Origin: Candidatus Iainarchaeum sp.
Lineage (GTDB): Archaea > Iainarchaeota > Iainarchaeia > Iainarchaeales > JAZDEL01
Direction: 5' to 3'
Assembly (NCBI GenBank): GCA_043808785.1
Contig: JAZDEL010000008.1
Location: 1-32,000, forward strand
Length of the DNA stretch: 32,000 nt
The position numbers and the translations under genes were made by a program. Numbering within the stretch: the stretch's first letter is position 1; each line of letters starts with the position of its first letter. Shown here one piece after another: positions 1-5,862 of this stretch. The notes beneath the pieces are model-generated. The model made no database searches. It was not told the origin of the DNA and saw only the letters and a list, made by a program, of their open reading frames with translations.

Positions 1-224
1 ATTGCGTTCCTCTTGCTGAGGTCCGCGATGTTGAGCAGGATTATGTTCCCCTTCTTGAGTTCGCTTATCGCCGCGTCCCTGTCCTGCTCGTTGTGCAGTG
101 AAATGGGCTTGACGAACGCATCCGCGTCCTCGTACATTGTCTCCTCCTCTACATCCAGGTTATTGAGGAAATCCTCTATGTCTATGTTATCGCTTTTTTT
201 GAATACTTTCTCCAAAAATGCCAC
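1..224 (-). CDS. sepF: SepF-like cell-division protein (DUF552-like), N-terminal part; the gene runs off the left edge
   Basis: Absent from the ORF track because it is open at the window edge. Minus-strand translation from GTG at 224 (alternative GTG at 233) gives MAFLEKVFKKSDNIDIEDFLNNLDVEEETMYEDADAFVKPISLHNEQDRDAAISELKKGNIILLNIADLSKRNA with no stop to position 1. It has a short N-terminal amphipathic peptide, an acidic linker, then a 'VKP..L....D...I..LK.G.IiLLNi..L' core, as in SepF. The + ORF 13..432 is its antisense shadow. Confidence 0.55.
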   Translation of the reverse strand, partial: MAFLEKVFKKSDNIDIEDFLNNLDVEEETMYEDADAFVKPISLHNEQDRDAAISELKKGNIILLNIADLSKRNA

Positions 225-323
225 ACCAATCACCCCTTCCTCTCGAAAATTTTTGCTCGTGGAGAGTAATAAAACAATTTCTCCTGCGGACTGTTATTTA
301 ATTATAATTCCCTGCGAAAACTA

Positions 324-335
324 CATAACAAAAAC
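324..335 (+). promoter_or_regulatory. Exact 12-mer CATAACAAAAAC (copy 1 of 3), candidate promoter or operator motif
   Basis: The identical 12-mer recurs at 10221-10232 and 20256-20267. Near copies lie at 428-437 and 2533-2544, and CTACATAAC variants at 9719-9727 and 23114-23122. All copies are intergenic and on the same strand. Confidence 0.35.
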
Positions 336-426
336 CGTCCGCGGGTTAATATGGGCGGTTTTCCGTGCAGGGTTCGCCGCTGCGCGGCGGAAAAAGGCGG
401 GTGCGCCGGGGCAGATGCCCCCTGCG

Positions 427-573
427 ACATAACAAACTCCCGTGCGAAGACAATAAAAACCAAAAAAACAAAAAACGCGGTTCGTGCGTTCGTGGTTTTT
501 TGGGTTTTTGGGATTCGAACCCTCCGCCCGAAAACGAACCCGCATCAAACCCGCCCTGCGGCGGGTTTTTATA
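427..573 (+). repeat. Intergenic repeat family R1, copy A (GC-rich hairpin-forming body ending in hairpin+T5+ATA)
   Basis: Hand alignment to copy B: 478-511 vs 2554-2587 is 30/34 identical, and 517-573 vs 2633-2689 is 54/57 identical. Copy A lacks the 45-nt segment that copy B carries at 2588-2632. Confidence 0.8.
547..570 (+). terminator. Perfect hairpin AAACCCGCC-CTGC-GGCGGGTTT followed by T5 (3' end of R1-A)
   Basis: Stem cccgcc (550-555) pairs with ggcggg (560-565), extended by AAA/TTT, with a T-run at 566-570. There is no co-directional CDS upstream, so it is not terminating a protein gene. The T-run merges into TTTTTATA (566-573), 23 nt before the ATG at 596. Confidence 0.4.
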
Positions 574-595
574 GTGCCTCGGGCGTATTGTTGTA

Positions 596-1876
596 ATGCC
601 GCCGCCGTTGGTTAAGGAAGTTGATGTGCTTGCCGGGAGCAGGCAGGTAATGTCCGAGCTGGACCAGTTGGCAAAGTTCAAGCAGAAGCTGAACATGGAG
701 GACGCGGTTTCATACCTTAAGCGCTTTTCAGTGCTCTTTATTCAGGCGGCGCAGCACCCGGGAAAGGACTTGGAAAAGACGAGCGACAATCTGTTCACTT
801 CCCTGCAAACATTTGCAAGGGTTTGCCCTGATGAAATTGAGGGCTTTTTAGGGGGAGAACACGGCGTTGTTGTATTAGGGAGGAAGGCACTATCAATCGG
901 GAAAGAACGCGGCGACAATGCGCTTAGGGCGTATTTTTTCCATAATGCGGTGCATTGGGGGGGGTTTGCGGAGTGCATAGACCCAAGGCCGGCAATAAGG
1001 AATGTTTCGGTCAGGTTCGGGGAGTTCAGTGCCGCTTTCACTCCGCGGGGCGAACTGGTTTGCAATGAAAAACTTCTGGTTGAACTTATAAAGAGCCTGC
1101 CCCATGCCGTGCCGGGTTTTGTCCCGGAAATTAAAATTAAGGGGCAGGCAAGGCTCACACTTGCGCAGGCATTTGTCCTGCTCAGGAATGCGAGCGATTC
1201 AGCGCATGCACTAACATTGCGCAGGACATTTTCAGGATTTGGCAGGGCGCTTTCAAACAAAAGGGGGATAGAGAGGGCGCTTACAAGGCTTACCGACCGC
1301 GGAACGTTCAAGAAGCGCAGGGCGGAGTTCCTTAAAAATTACCATAAGGAAGAGGGGCTCCGCATGGACAAGAAGAAATTCGTTAAAATATTCAGGGACA
1401 ATGTGAAAAATGAATGGTACTGGGCGGGCAGGGGGCTCATTCACCCCTCTAAAAAGGAAAAAATCCTCAAAGATTTGCTAAACAAGGATTATGCAAAATT
1501 CGGCTACGACCACATAATGGTGATAAGCAGGGTTGCGGGAGTGCCGCTTGATTACGCCGAAAATGTTTGGCATAAATATGTTGAGCGCGGGGTAATTTAC
1601 GGAAAGGAGAGGGCACGGATTGTGAACGAGCTTTTTTCATTCGGCAAGCCGATGGCACCGTACACTCTTGAAATAGACATGTCCAAGGCGCCGAGGGTTG
1701 CGGAGGTAAAGACAATAGGCGGGCTTGGAGTGCCATGGTCGAAGATGTTCCCTGGCCTGATGAAGGGCACAAGCGCGAAGTTCAGGGGAATGGTTGCAAA
1801 AGAAACCCTGCAGTTCCCGGGAAAGGATGCTGCGCACGCAACAGTCAGGTTTAAGAAAATCAGGCGTGCGGCGTAG
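596..1876 (+). CDS. Hypothetical protein, 426 aa (no family recognised)
   Basis: Long ORF whose ATG lies 23 nt downstream of TTTTTATA (566-573). ORFs 742..1311 and 1597..2007 on the other strand look like antisense shadows. The stop codon sits inside the 12-nt palindrome TAGTGCGCACTA (1874-1885). Confidence 0.7.
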   Translation: MPPPLVKEVDVLAGSRQVMSELDQLAKFKQKLNMEDAVSYLKRFSVLFIQAAQHPGKDLEKTSDNLFTSLQTFARVCPDEIEGFLGGEHGVVVLGRKALSIGKERGDNALRAYFFHNAVHWGGFAECIDPRPAIRNVSVRFGEFSAAFTPRGELVCNEKLLVELIKSLPHAVPGFVPEIKIKGQARLTLAQAFVLLRNASDSAHALTLRRTFSGFGRALSNKRGIERALTRLTDRGTFKKRRAEFLKNYHKEEGLRMDKKKFVKIFRDNVKNEWYWAGRGLIHPSKKEKILKDLLNKDYAKFGYDHIMVISRVAGVPLDYAENVWHKYVERGVIYGKERARIVNELFSFGKPMAPYTLEIDMSKAPRVAEVKTIGGLGVPWSKMFPGLMKGTSAKFRGMVAKETLQFPGKDAAHATVRFKKIRRAA

Positions 1877-1947
1877 TGCGCACTATTTAGCAACACCAAA
1901 TTATTAAATGATATTACTTTATATACGAGAAGGCGCACTATAATATT

Positions 1948-2208
1948 ATGCTTGTCAGATGGAGTTTGCACGCAAAACACAGGTTTGCGGAGCGTGCGGC
2001 AGGGCACGGGATAAATTACGGGGAGATTGAATTAGCAATTAAGAAACAGGAAGTGAGGATTAAGGAAGGCGGGAACAAGTTCCGCGCGGTTTTCGAGGCG
2101 GGCGGGGAACTGCTCACAGCGGTTAAAATAGAGACGAAAAAATTCATCCACGTGCTGACGCTTTGGGAGGCGAACGAACAGGAGGCTGAAAAATGGGGAA
2201 GGAGATAG
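1948..2208 (+). CDS. DUF4258-like small toxin candidate (RelE/barnase-fold type), 86 aa
   Basis: The ATG is 22-31 nt downstream of CTTTATATAC (1917-1926). The 'HAKHRFAERAAGHGINYGEIELAI' N-terminus followed by a beta-rich core ending 'IHVLTLWE' resembles DUF4258 proteins. It overlaps the next ORF by 16 nt. Confidence 0.55.
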   Translation: MLVRWSLHAKHRFAERAAGHGINYGEIELAIKKQEVRIKEGGNKFRAVFEAGGELLTAVKIETKKFIHVLTLWEANEQEAEKWGRR

Positions 2209-2525
2209 AGTGCCACCTTTGCGCAGGGAAGGCGGCGCTGAAGAGCGAGAATTTGGAGCTTGACAACGGCAAGATTGTGGTAAAGGGCTCGCCTTATTAC
2301 AGGTGTGTTAAATGTGGCGAGGAATTCGCCACGAGCGAACAGATGCACGAATTGAGCGAAAGGATAAACGGCAAGTTCGTTTTCAGCAGGCCGATAATCA
2401 ACGCAGGCAGGAGCCTTGCCGTAACCCTTCCCGCTGACTTGGTGCAGTACTACGGTTTGAAGAAGGGCGGCAGGATAAAAATAATTCCCGAAAGCAGGAA
2501 GGAACTGAGGATTACTGTGGGGTAA
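2193..2525 (+). CDS. Antitoxin-like fusion: MqsA/YgiT-type zinc ribbon + SpoVT/AbrB domain, 110 aa
   Basis: CHLC (res 7-10) and CVKC (res 38-41) form a zinc-ribbon signature. The C-terminal 'SRPIINAGRSLAVTLPADLVQYYGLKKGGRIKIIPES' is an AbrB/SpoVT-type motif. The ORF is translationally overlapped with 1948..2208. Confidence 0.65.
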   Translation: MGKEIECHLCAGKAALKSENLELDNGKIVVKGSPYYRCVKCGEEFATSEQMHELSERINGKFVFSRPIINAGRSLAVTLPADLVQYYGLKKGGRIKIIPESRKELRITVG

Positions 2526-2594
2526 GCGGCACTATAACAAAACCCCGAACGCACGGTTCGTGCGTTTGTGGTTTGGGGGGTTTTTGGCAGAGTT

Positions 2595-2630
2595 CTGCGC
2601 TTGCGGCAGGTTCGAATCCTGCCCCGTGCA
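2595..2630 (+). other. tRNA 3'-half-like fragment (anticodon-stem 3' strand / variable / T-arm / acceptor 3' strand / discriminator)
   Basis: GCAGG-TTCGAAT-CCTGC (2606-2622) is a perfect 5-bp T-stem with a canonical TTCGAAT loop. It is followed by CCCGTGC+A. GCACGGT at 2551-2557 could pair 6/7 with that acceptor strand. No D-arm or 7-nt anticodon loop can be drawn in between, so this is not a functional canonical tRNA. Confidence 0.45.
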
Positions 2631-2662
2631 AAGAACCCTCCGCCCCGAAACAAACCCGCATC

Positions 2663-2686
2663 AAACCCGCCCTGCGGCGGGTTTTT
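2663..2686 (+). terminator. Hairpin + T5 (3' end of R1-B), downstream of the ZnF-AbrB gene
   Basis: Same AAACCCGCC-CTGC-GGCGGGTTT hairpin and T5 run (2682-2686) as at 547-570. Confidence 0.45.
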
Positions 2687-2703
2687 ATATATGGAAAACG
2701 TCA

Positions 2704-2772
2704 GTTATTGGGCACGATAGGCGCCTGTTATCGGGCAGGACGGGCGCAGGTTATCGGGCGTTACAGGGCGCG
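2704..2772 (+). repeat. Three tandem 23-nt repeats upstream of mgtE
   Basis: Units are at 2704-2726 (gttattgggcacgataggcgcct), 2727-2749 (gttatcgggcaggacgggcgcag) and 2750-2772 (gttatcgggcgttacagggcgcg). Each starts GTTATYGGGC and ends (G)GGCGC. The block ends 28 nt before the mgtE ATG. Confidence 0.75.
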
Positions 2773-2799
2773 GCGGATAAAAGAAACGGGGCGGCAAAA

Positions 2800-3786
2800 A
2801 TGGACGGGCAGAAAGGCAATGGTTTGCATAACCATCTGAAAAAATGGCTTGTCACAGAAGTGCCTGTGATAGAAAAAAGCAAAACTATAGACGAGGCATT
2901 TTCAATTATCAGGAAACATGAAAAGGAACTGAAAAGCATCGAGGAAATATATGTCATAGATGAAAGCCAAAAACTTGTCGGCACATTGCCGATAAAGGAA
3001 CTGTTCGGCCATGCGGGCGGCACAACCCTGGAAAAGGCGATGCACACAAAATTCTTCTCGGTTTCCCCGAAAACATGCCCCGAAAGAATCGCCCACCTTG
3101 CATTGAAGCACGGCATTGCCGCAGCGCCGGTTGTCGAATCGGGAAAACTGCTCGGGGCAATTCCGTCCGGCAGCATTGCATCCATCCTTAACCGCGCATT
3201 GAGAAAGGACCTTTTCCATTTTGCGGGAATACACAAATCGCACCTGGAATATGAAAACAGCATGGCTGTGCCGCTGTCGAAGAGCATTGCCCACAGGGTG
3301 CCGTGGCTGATTATCGGGCTTCTCGGGGCGCTTCTGGTTGCCGCATCCATGGGGGTTTTTGAGGGAACGCTGGAAAAATACATTATTCTGGTTTTCTTCA
3401 TGCCCGCCATAGTTTACCTGAGCGATGCGCTCGGCACCCAGCTCCAGACAATTTTTATCAGGGACCTTGCGATTATGGGGGAGGAGCTGAAAATGAGGCA
3501 ATATGTTTTCAGGCAGATGGCGATAGCCCTTCTAATTGCGCTCATAATAAGCGGCCTGCTGCTCGGCGCGGTTTCGCTCTTTTGGGGACAGCCGCACATC
3601 GCGGCGGTTATTTCAATCTCCGCGTTCGCGGCACTCATAATTACAAGCTTTACCGCTCTCGCGATAACCGCCATAATCAGGAAGATTGGGCATGACCCCG
3701 CGCTCGGCGGCGGGCCTTTTGCGACGATAATTTCCGATGCGACCTCGATAATGGTTTATTTTGCTGTGGCGACGCTGCTGCTCTGA
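2800..3786 (+). CDS. mgtE: Magnesium transporter MgtE (CBS pair + MgtE membrane domain, short form)
   Basis: CBS-like segments are 'IYVIDESQKLVGTLPIKELF' and 'AAPVVESGKLLGAIPSGSI'. The membrane-domain hallmarks are 'RVPWLIIGLLG', 'DALGTQ' and 'GHDPALGGGPFATIISDATS'. The start is set at ATG 2800 (MDGQKG...) because the ORF-track start at 2560 lies in repeat R1-B and the tandem repeats. Confidence 0.85.
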   Translation: MDGQKGNGLHNHLKKWLVTEVPVIEKSKTIDEAFSIIRKHEKELKSIEEIYVIDESQKLVGTLPIKELFGHAGGTTLEKAMHTKFFSVSPKTCPERIAHLALKHGIAAAPVVESGKLLGAIPSGSIASILNRALRKDLFHFAGIHKSHLEYENSMAVPLSKSIAHRVPWLIIGLLGALLVAASMGVFEGTLEKYIILVFFMPAIVYLSDALGTQLQTIFIRDLAIMGEELKMRQYVFRQMAIALLIALIISGLLLGAVSLFWGQPHIAAVISISAFAALIITSFTALAITAIIRKIGHDPALGGGPFATIISDATSIMVYFAVATLLL

Positions 3787-3813
3787 CCATTAAGGGGGGC
3801 GCGGCTGTTCAAA

Positions 3814-4008
3814 AACCGAAGCGGATTAGTGGAAGTGGTTCGGTTCCACAAATGGCTATTGTTATAACCGCTTCGCGCCGTAATGGTTGCGGTGTGAACT
3901 TGGGCGCTGTGGGGCAAACCGCAATACACGCTTTTCCGCACGGTGCGGGTGAGCAAACAATTCCGCACGCTGCATCTGCGCGGGCCGCAACGCAGACAAT
4001 CCCGCAGG
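3814..4008. promoter_or_regulatory. Dyad symmetries and 9-mer direct repeats at the orc1 5' end (candidate ORB-like or regulatory sites)
   Basis: GTGGAA (3829-3834) and TTCCAC (3844-3849) form a dyad nested in CCGAAGCGG (3816-3824) / CCGCTTCG (3868-3875). TTCCGCACG occurs twice (3934-3942, 3961-3969), with a degenerate third copy TCCCGCAGG (4000-4008). Confidence 0.3.
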
Positions 4009-5201
4009 GAATTTTCGAGAGGGAGTTTGCTAAGGAAACCGTGTTTGCGGACAGGAACCTTGTGACGCCGCACTACACACCCGATACCTTGCCCTTCAGG
4101 GAGAATGAGATAAGGGCGATAAGCGAAAATGTCGCGCTCGCTCTGGGGAAGAAGAAGCCCGACAATTTATTTTTGTACGGGAAAACAGGCACGGGAAAAA
4201 CTTCGGTTGCGCGCAGGGTTGTGCAGGAACTCCTCGAATATTCGGGAAAGAAAAACGCTTCCGTGGACGCGGCGTACGTGAACTGCAGGAACCACAACAG
4301 CAAGTACAGGGTGCTGACGAAAATGGTCAAGGATTTTTACCCCGAGGAGAATTTTCTGGGGTTCAGCGCGGCGTTCATACATGAGAAGATGCTGGATTAT
4401 GTGGGCGCGGGAAAAAATTTGATTGTGGTGCTTGATGAAATCGACAAGACAAAGGACCTGGATGATTTGGTTTACGCGCTCACGCGCGCGAACGATGAAC
4501 TGAAGAAAGGGAGCATTTCCGTAATCGGGATTTCGAACAACCTTGTTTTCAAGGACAGGCTTGACCCGCGCACGAAAAGTTCTTTGTGCGAGAGGGAGAT
4601 GGTCTTTGCTCCCTACAATGCGGATGAATTGCGCGAGATACTGAGGCAGCGCGTGGAACTCGCGTTCAAGCGCGGCGTTGTGAATGAGTCCGCGATAAAC
4701 TTCGCGGCGGCAATCGCCGCACAAGAAAGTGGCGACGCAAGAACTGCAGTAATGCTACTCCTCCGCGCGGGGGAGATTGCGGATGCGCGCGGCAACGGAA
4801 GCGTGACGGATGAGGAAGTGAAGAAGGCGAAGAAAAAGGTCGAGGAGGAAATTGTTTACAACATGGTGAGCACTTTGCCCGAGCAGCAGCAATTGGTTTT
4901 GTATTCCATCGCGGACCTTACGCTGGATAAAAAACCAGTGAGAAAAATCACGGGCGAAATCGAGGAGGGTTTGCTGTATTCAGGCAGCGTGTATGAGAGG
5001 TACTGCAAAATCGCGAAAAAATACGACAAGGGCTGCGTAAGCGCGCGCTGGTACAGGGATTACATAAAGGAACTTGAAATGTACGGGCTTGTTCTAACAA
5101 GCGCCTCGGGCAAGGGAGTGAAGGGGCAGACGACGCTGATAAAACTTGCCACGGATGCGGAAAGGATTAAGGAAATGCTTGGGAAGGAATTTGCCGCATA
5201 A
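3852..5201 (+). CDS. orc1: Orc1/Cdc6 replication initiator (AAA+ with C-terminal winged helix)
   Basis: 'TPDTLPFRENEIRAI', Walker A 'LYGKTGTGKTS', Walker B 'IVVLDEID' and sensor region 'GDARTAVMLL'. The start is uncertain. The first 63 codons are repeat-derived low-complexity sequence. GTG 4041, preceded by AAGGA, would give MFADRNLV... and a more typical 386-aa protein. Confidence 0.9.
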   Translation: MAIVITASRRNGCGVNLGAVGQTAIHAFPHGAGEQTIPHAASARAATQTIPQGIFEREFAKETVFADRNLVTPHYTPDTLPFRENEIRAISENVALALGKKKPDNLFLYGKTGTGKTSVARRVVQELLEYSGKKNASVDAAYVNCRNHNSKYRVLTKMVKDFYPEENFLGFSAAFIHEKMLDYVGAGKNLIVVLDEIDKTKDLDDLVYALTRANDELKKGSISVIGISNNLVFKDRLDPRTKSSLCEREMVFAPYNADELREILRQRVELAFKRGVVNESAINFAAAIAAQESGDARTAVMLLLRAGEIADARGNGSVTDEEVKKAKKKVEEEIVYNMVSTLPEQQQLVLYSIADLTLDKKPVRKITGEIEEGLLYSGSVYERYCKIAKKYDKGCVSARWYRDYIKELEMYGLVLTSASGKGVKGQTTLIKLATDAERIKEMLGKEFAA

Positions 5202-5237
5202 GTCGGTGCGTGCCAGCGGAGGAATTTGCTGCGTGAG

Positions 5238-5792
5238 TCAACCTTTTTTCAGCAAACCCAATTTCTTAAGGTTGGCTAATGCCTCACCCTTGGCTTCGCC
5301 TAGGCTTGGCTTTGATACCTCGCCAACGATGCCAAGACCGCCCATCTGCAATTCGTGCGGGGCATGGGTTAATTCGTACAGCGCATAACGTGACTCCAGC
5401 GAATTAAACACCGCCCAAGTTTCGATTTCAACTATTTCAGCAATGTTTGAGCCTTTGCTTAAGCGGCTTTCGTAAAATGCCAGTTTTGCATCACCACTAT
5501 AACTGGAAAGTTCACGACCAAGTGCTTCAAAAAGTTTAGCCTTGGGCAAATTTGAATTTGCCAAGATACTGTATTTTTTGCCCAAGTCATTCAATGCTGC
5601 AGCAGTACTCTTTCCTAAATTATCTCCCAGACTTTGAAATCTGCCATAGACGCGCTGCTTGTTAGTTTCATTGTGCCCCAAGCACTTCGTAAACCACGCC
5701 GCTCGGGCAGAGGACTCCCTACGCTCAGTGAACTCACTGAAGGGAATTATGTTACATTTTTTGGACTTTTTAAGCCTCATCAAACCAAGCAT
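5238..5792 (-). CDS. Hypothetical protein, 184 aa, compositionally atypical (low GC)
   Basis: ORF 5238..5927 trimmed to ATG 5792 (MLGLMRLKKSKK...). This avoids overlap with hel308 and sits about 25 nt downstream of a TTAATAAATT box on the minus strand. Hand GC counts are 22/60 (5401-5460) and 20/60 (5521-5580), against 37/60 in orc1 (4621-4680) and 33/60 in hel308 (6001-6060). Confidence 0.55.
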   Translation of the reverse strand: MLGLMRLKKSKKCNIIPFSEFTERRESSARAAWFTKCLGHNETNKQRVYGRFQSLGDNLGKSTAAALNDLGKKYSILANSNLPKAKLFEALGRELSSYSGDAKLAFYESRLSKGSNIAEIVEIETWAVFNSLESRYALYELTHAPHELQMGGLGIVGEVSKPSLGEAKGEALANLKKLGLLKKG

Positions 5793-5862
5793 AAGTACGA
5801 TTTTTGAATTTATTAACGTTACTGTTGGTGCTGCCGTCTTCGCCCGCCCAATAACCTTTTGC

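Larger units (their letters stand above)
2533..2689 (+). repeat. Intergenic repeat family R1, copy B (with 45-nt tRNA-like insert)
   Basis: See copy A for the alignment. It ends in the same hairpin+T5+ATA (2663-2689). ORF-track entries 2560.. and 2573..2839 read through it and are not credible there. Confidence 0.8.

Noticed and set aside
13-432. Track ORFs lying antisense to or overlapping strong genes. Examples: 13..432, 742..1311, 1597..2007, 2751..3410, 2902..3501, 4167..4724, 6591..7697 (+), 16588..17176, 19472..20137, 24372..25231, and the many short ORFs across 25547..29671.
   Set aside because: Each lies on the opposite strand or in another frame of a much longer ORF with recognisable motifs. 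Their products are low-complexity (Arg/Ala/Pro/Ser-rich), as expected for shadow frames in GC-rich coding DNA.
509-521. GGGATTCGAACCC as the T-arm of a minus-strand tRNA
   Set aside because: Only a 3-bp stem is possible (GGG/CCC). The flanks give no acceptor, D or anticodon arms. It coincides with the junction where copy A lacks the 45-nt insert of copy B.
2551-2630. A complete 80-nt tRNA gene
   Set aside because: The acceptor (6/7) and T-arm fold, but no D-arm can be formed. The only hairpin in the anticodon position has a 2-4-nt loop. It is kept only as a tRNA-like fragment.
321-2689. An integron-like cassette array (structured repeats as attC sites, ATAAC-type cores, TA cargo)
   Set aside because: No integrase is present. 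The ATAAC motifs do not fit RYYYAAC/GTTRRRY well. Motif copies elsewhere flank genes of mixed orientation. The idea of a repeat-bracketed cassette is retained, but not the integron model.
2704-2772. A mini-CRISPR array (also considered for 17118-17228 and 30570-30758)
   Set aside because: The repeats are contiguous with no spacers, or number only 2-4 degenerate units. There are no cas genes and no conserved repeat termini.
2560-2799. N-terminal 80 codons of ORF 2560..3786 (and ORF 2573..2839) as part of MgtE
   Set aside because: This stretch is repeat R1-B with its hairpin/T5/TATA, followed by the 23-nt tandem repeats. MgtE-like sequence only begins after ATG 2800.
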